A stretch of DNA of 20,000 bases, from the NCBI GenBank assembly GCA_003971905.1, contig RSEE01000049.1, forward strand, positions 486,425-506,424. Direction: 5' to 3'. Position 1 is the stretch's first letter; the number at the start of each line of letters is the position of its first letter. Origin of the DNA: Moniliella sp. 'wahieum'. Taxonomy: Eukaryota. The position numbers and the translations under genes are program-made. Positions 18,608 to 20,000 of the stretch are shown one piece after another. The notes under the pieces are model-generated. The model saw only the letters and a list, made by a program, of their open reading frames with translations, was not told the DNA's origin and did no database searches.

Positions 18608-20000
18608 CTACGTCGACTGGCCGTTCTGGCTAGCTGGCTGACTGCGCATCGACGAATGCAGCCCATTCCGATGCTTGTCCCGCCACTTGCCCGCCAGCAG
18701 CGCGGTGCGCAGCGCACGCAGTTGCAGCGGTCGCAGTCCTGCCAGCGCGGCCGTCTCGTAGAACGGGTCGCGAGCCGCTGCCGCTCGTCGAGAGGCAGCG
18801 TCTGCAGGTCGGGCACGGCGTTGCTTCCCGGTACGGGCAAGACCAAATCGACGGTGAGGCAGGTGTGCATGGCATGGGCAGCCCATTGGGTTAGGTCCGG
18901 CAGGCCGTACAAGCCACCCAGAAGCAGCAAGGTGCAAAAGACGGCCGGGTGGTGTGGGTGCGGGTGCAGAGACTGCGCGCATACAGAAACTCAACCAGCG
19001 CCAGCCCGACCACCCCGGGCTCGGGCAGGTAGAGCTTGCGCGGCGTGATCCGCACATCCGCCGTATCCTCTCTGCTGCCCCTTCTTCCCCCACGCACCCG
19101 ATGACCCCCCAGCCTGCATGGGGGGCATCGGCATGCCCTCTCCTGCCCACGCAACTGCGCCACCACACTCACCGCGCGCTCACGGTACCCCACCAGCGCT
19201 GCGGCGAACCAGGGCCACCGGCGCTCCAGCACCGCACGGTTCACCCCAATCCGCACCCCATCCGAACACACAATCTCAAAGTCGCCTCGCCCGCCCAGGG
19301 TGTTGGACAGGTAAGGCAACGCGGATCCGGGGTGGTACGCGTCAGCGGACGTGTCACTGGAAGTAAGGTCCGCCAGCGTCGCCCGGTTGGAGCGAAGTTG
19401 CGTCGGTTGTGCCGGTGGCTGCCTCGCTAGTGGCAGCACTCCGTGGGGGACAAGACGGAACTAGGGGGTTGGGACGAGGAAGAGGAGGTGCCGACGGCTT
19501 GAATCAGCGTAGCCACCGCACTGGTCGAATCGCCCGAGGTGTCTACCATACTGGCCGCCAACTTCTCGAGTCCCAGTTGGGCCACCAATTTGGCCCTCGG
19601 TCCACTGCGCGGGGGCTCGTAGACGCCCAATGCTTCCAGCTCCACAGACACCACATGGGTCCAATTGTTTTGGCGACGGTTGTAGTCGGTCACCAGGTCG
19701 CGACTGCGGTCCCAAACACCAGCAGACGGTTCGCGCCCCGGTGCAACAGCGCTCGGTTCCAGGACCCATGACCTAAAATGGTCCCGTATCCAGCCGGGAC
19801 CACGTAAGGGTGGGCAAGTGCAAGACCCACAGGCTGAACGTTTGGGTTGTGTTGGCCAAGTAGGTACCACTGATAATCATGTGGCTGCCGCAAATGAAGC
19901 CAGAGGGGAAACGAAGACCGGGCGGGAGAGGAGGATGTCCGTGTCCCATCCGTTCGAGTAGTCGGTCGTTTCGAGCGTCATGCTCGCTTCGGCGTCGGGA
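18608..20000 (-). CDS. C-terminal part of an Mds3/Pmd1/Ral2-like Kelch-BTB signalling protein (5' end outside the window)
   Basis: Motifs DYNRRQNNWTHVVSVELEALGVYEPP, BTB-like GDFEIVCSDG.RI.VNR.VL.RRWPWF, ITPRKLYLPEP..V.LALVEFLY..SLCT, LLLL..LY.LP.L...A.HAMH, YETAALAG...LQLRALR. It is frameshifted, with a probable TAG stop at 18608-18610. Confidence 0.75.

Noticed and set aside
458..20000. Cluster of pseudogenes, programmed frameshifting or RNA editing
   Set aside because: The indels are scattered, often in short homopolymers, and sometimes compensate each other. They lack consistent slippery motifs and hit essential genes whose residues are otherwise conserved. This fits sequencing error.
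1..20000. Transposons, CRISPR arrays, tRNA/rRNA genes, prokaryotic defence systems or biosynthetic clusters
   Set aside because: I saw no transposase, RT or integrase motifs, terminal repeats, repeat-spacer arrays, cloverleafs or PKS/NRPS domains. The many short alternative-frame ORFs are shadows of the genes listed.

Overview
This is a compact, intron-poor, GC-rich fungal chromosomal segment. It is probably a basidiomycete of the Ustilaginomycotina type, inferred from gene density, few short GT..CTAAC/CTAAT..AG introns and protein style. About 11 housekeeping genes are present, in order: a possible 3' gene fragment, TRM6/GCD10 (-), mitochondrial uS15m/MRPS28 (+), ER cyclophilin B (-), MOB2 (+), a mitochondrially targeted thioredoxin-fold protein lacking CXXC (+), AIM19-like (+), VID27 (-), RPT1 (+), an Flc/Pkd2 TRP-like membrane protein (-) and the C-terminal part of an Mds3/Pmd1/Ral2-like BTB protein (-). 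Almost every gene, including essential ones, is broken by 1-2 nt indels, many at short homopolymers. This most likely reflects an unpolished long-read assembly, so the ORF track fragments and fuses genes. I see no mobile element, CRISPR array, tRNA, rRNA or clearly supported new multi-gene system. The best leads are a redox-dead mitochondrial thioredoxin-like protein, a GCGGAAT motif in all three divergent promoters (a perfect palindrome in one), a UPRE-like site before cyclophilin B, a CACCAC 5'-leader motif, and a speculative structured or telomerase-RNA candidate downstream of RPT1. All family calls come from my recall of motifs, not from database searches.
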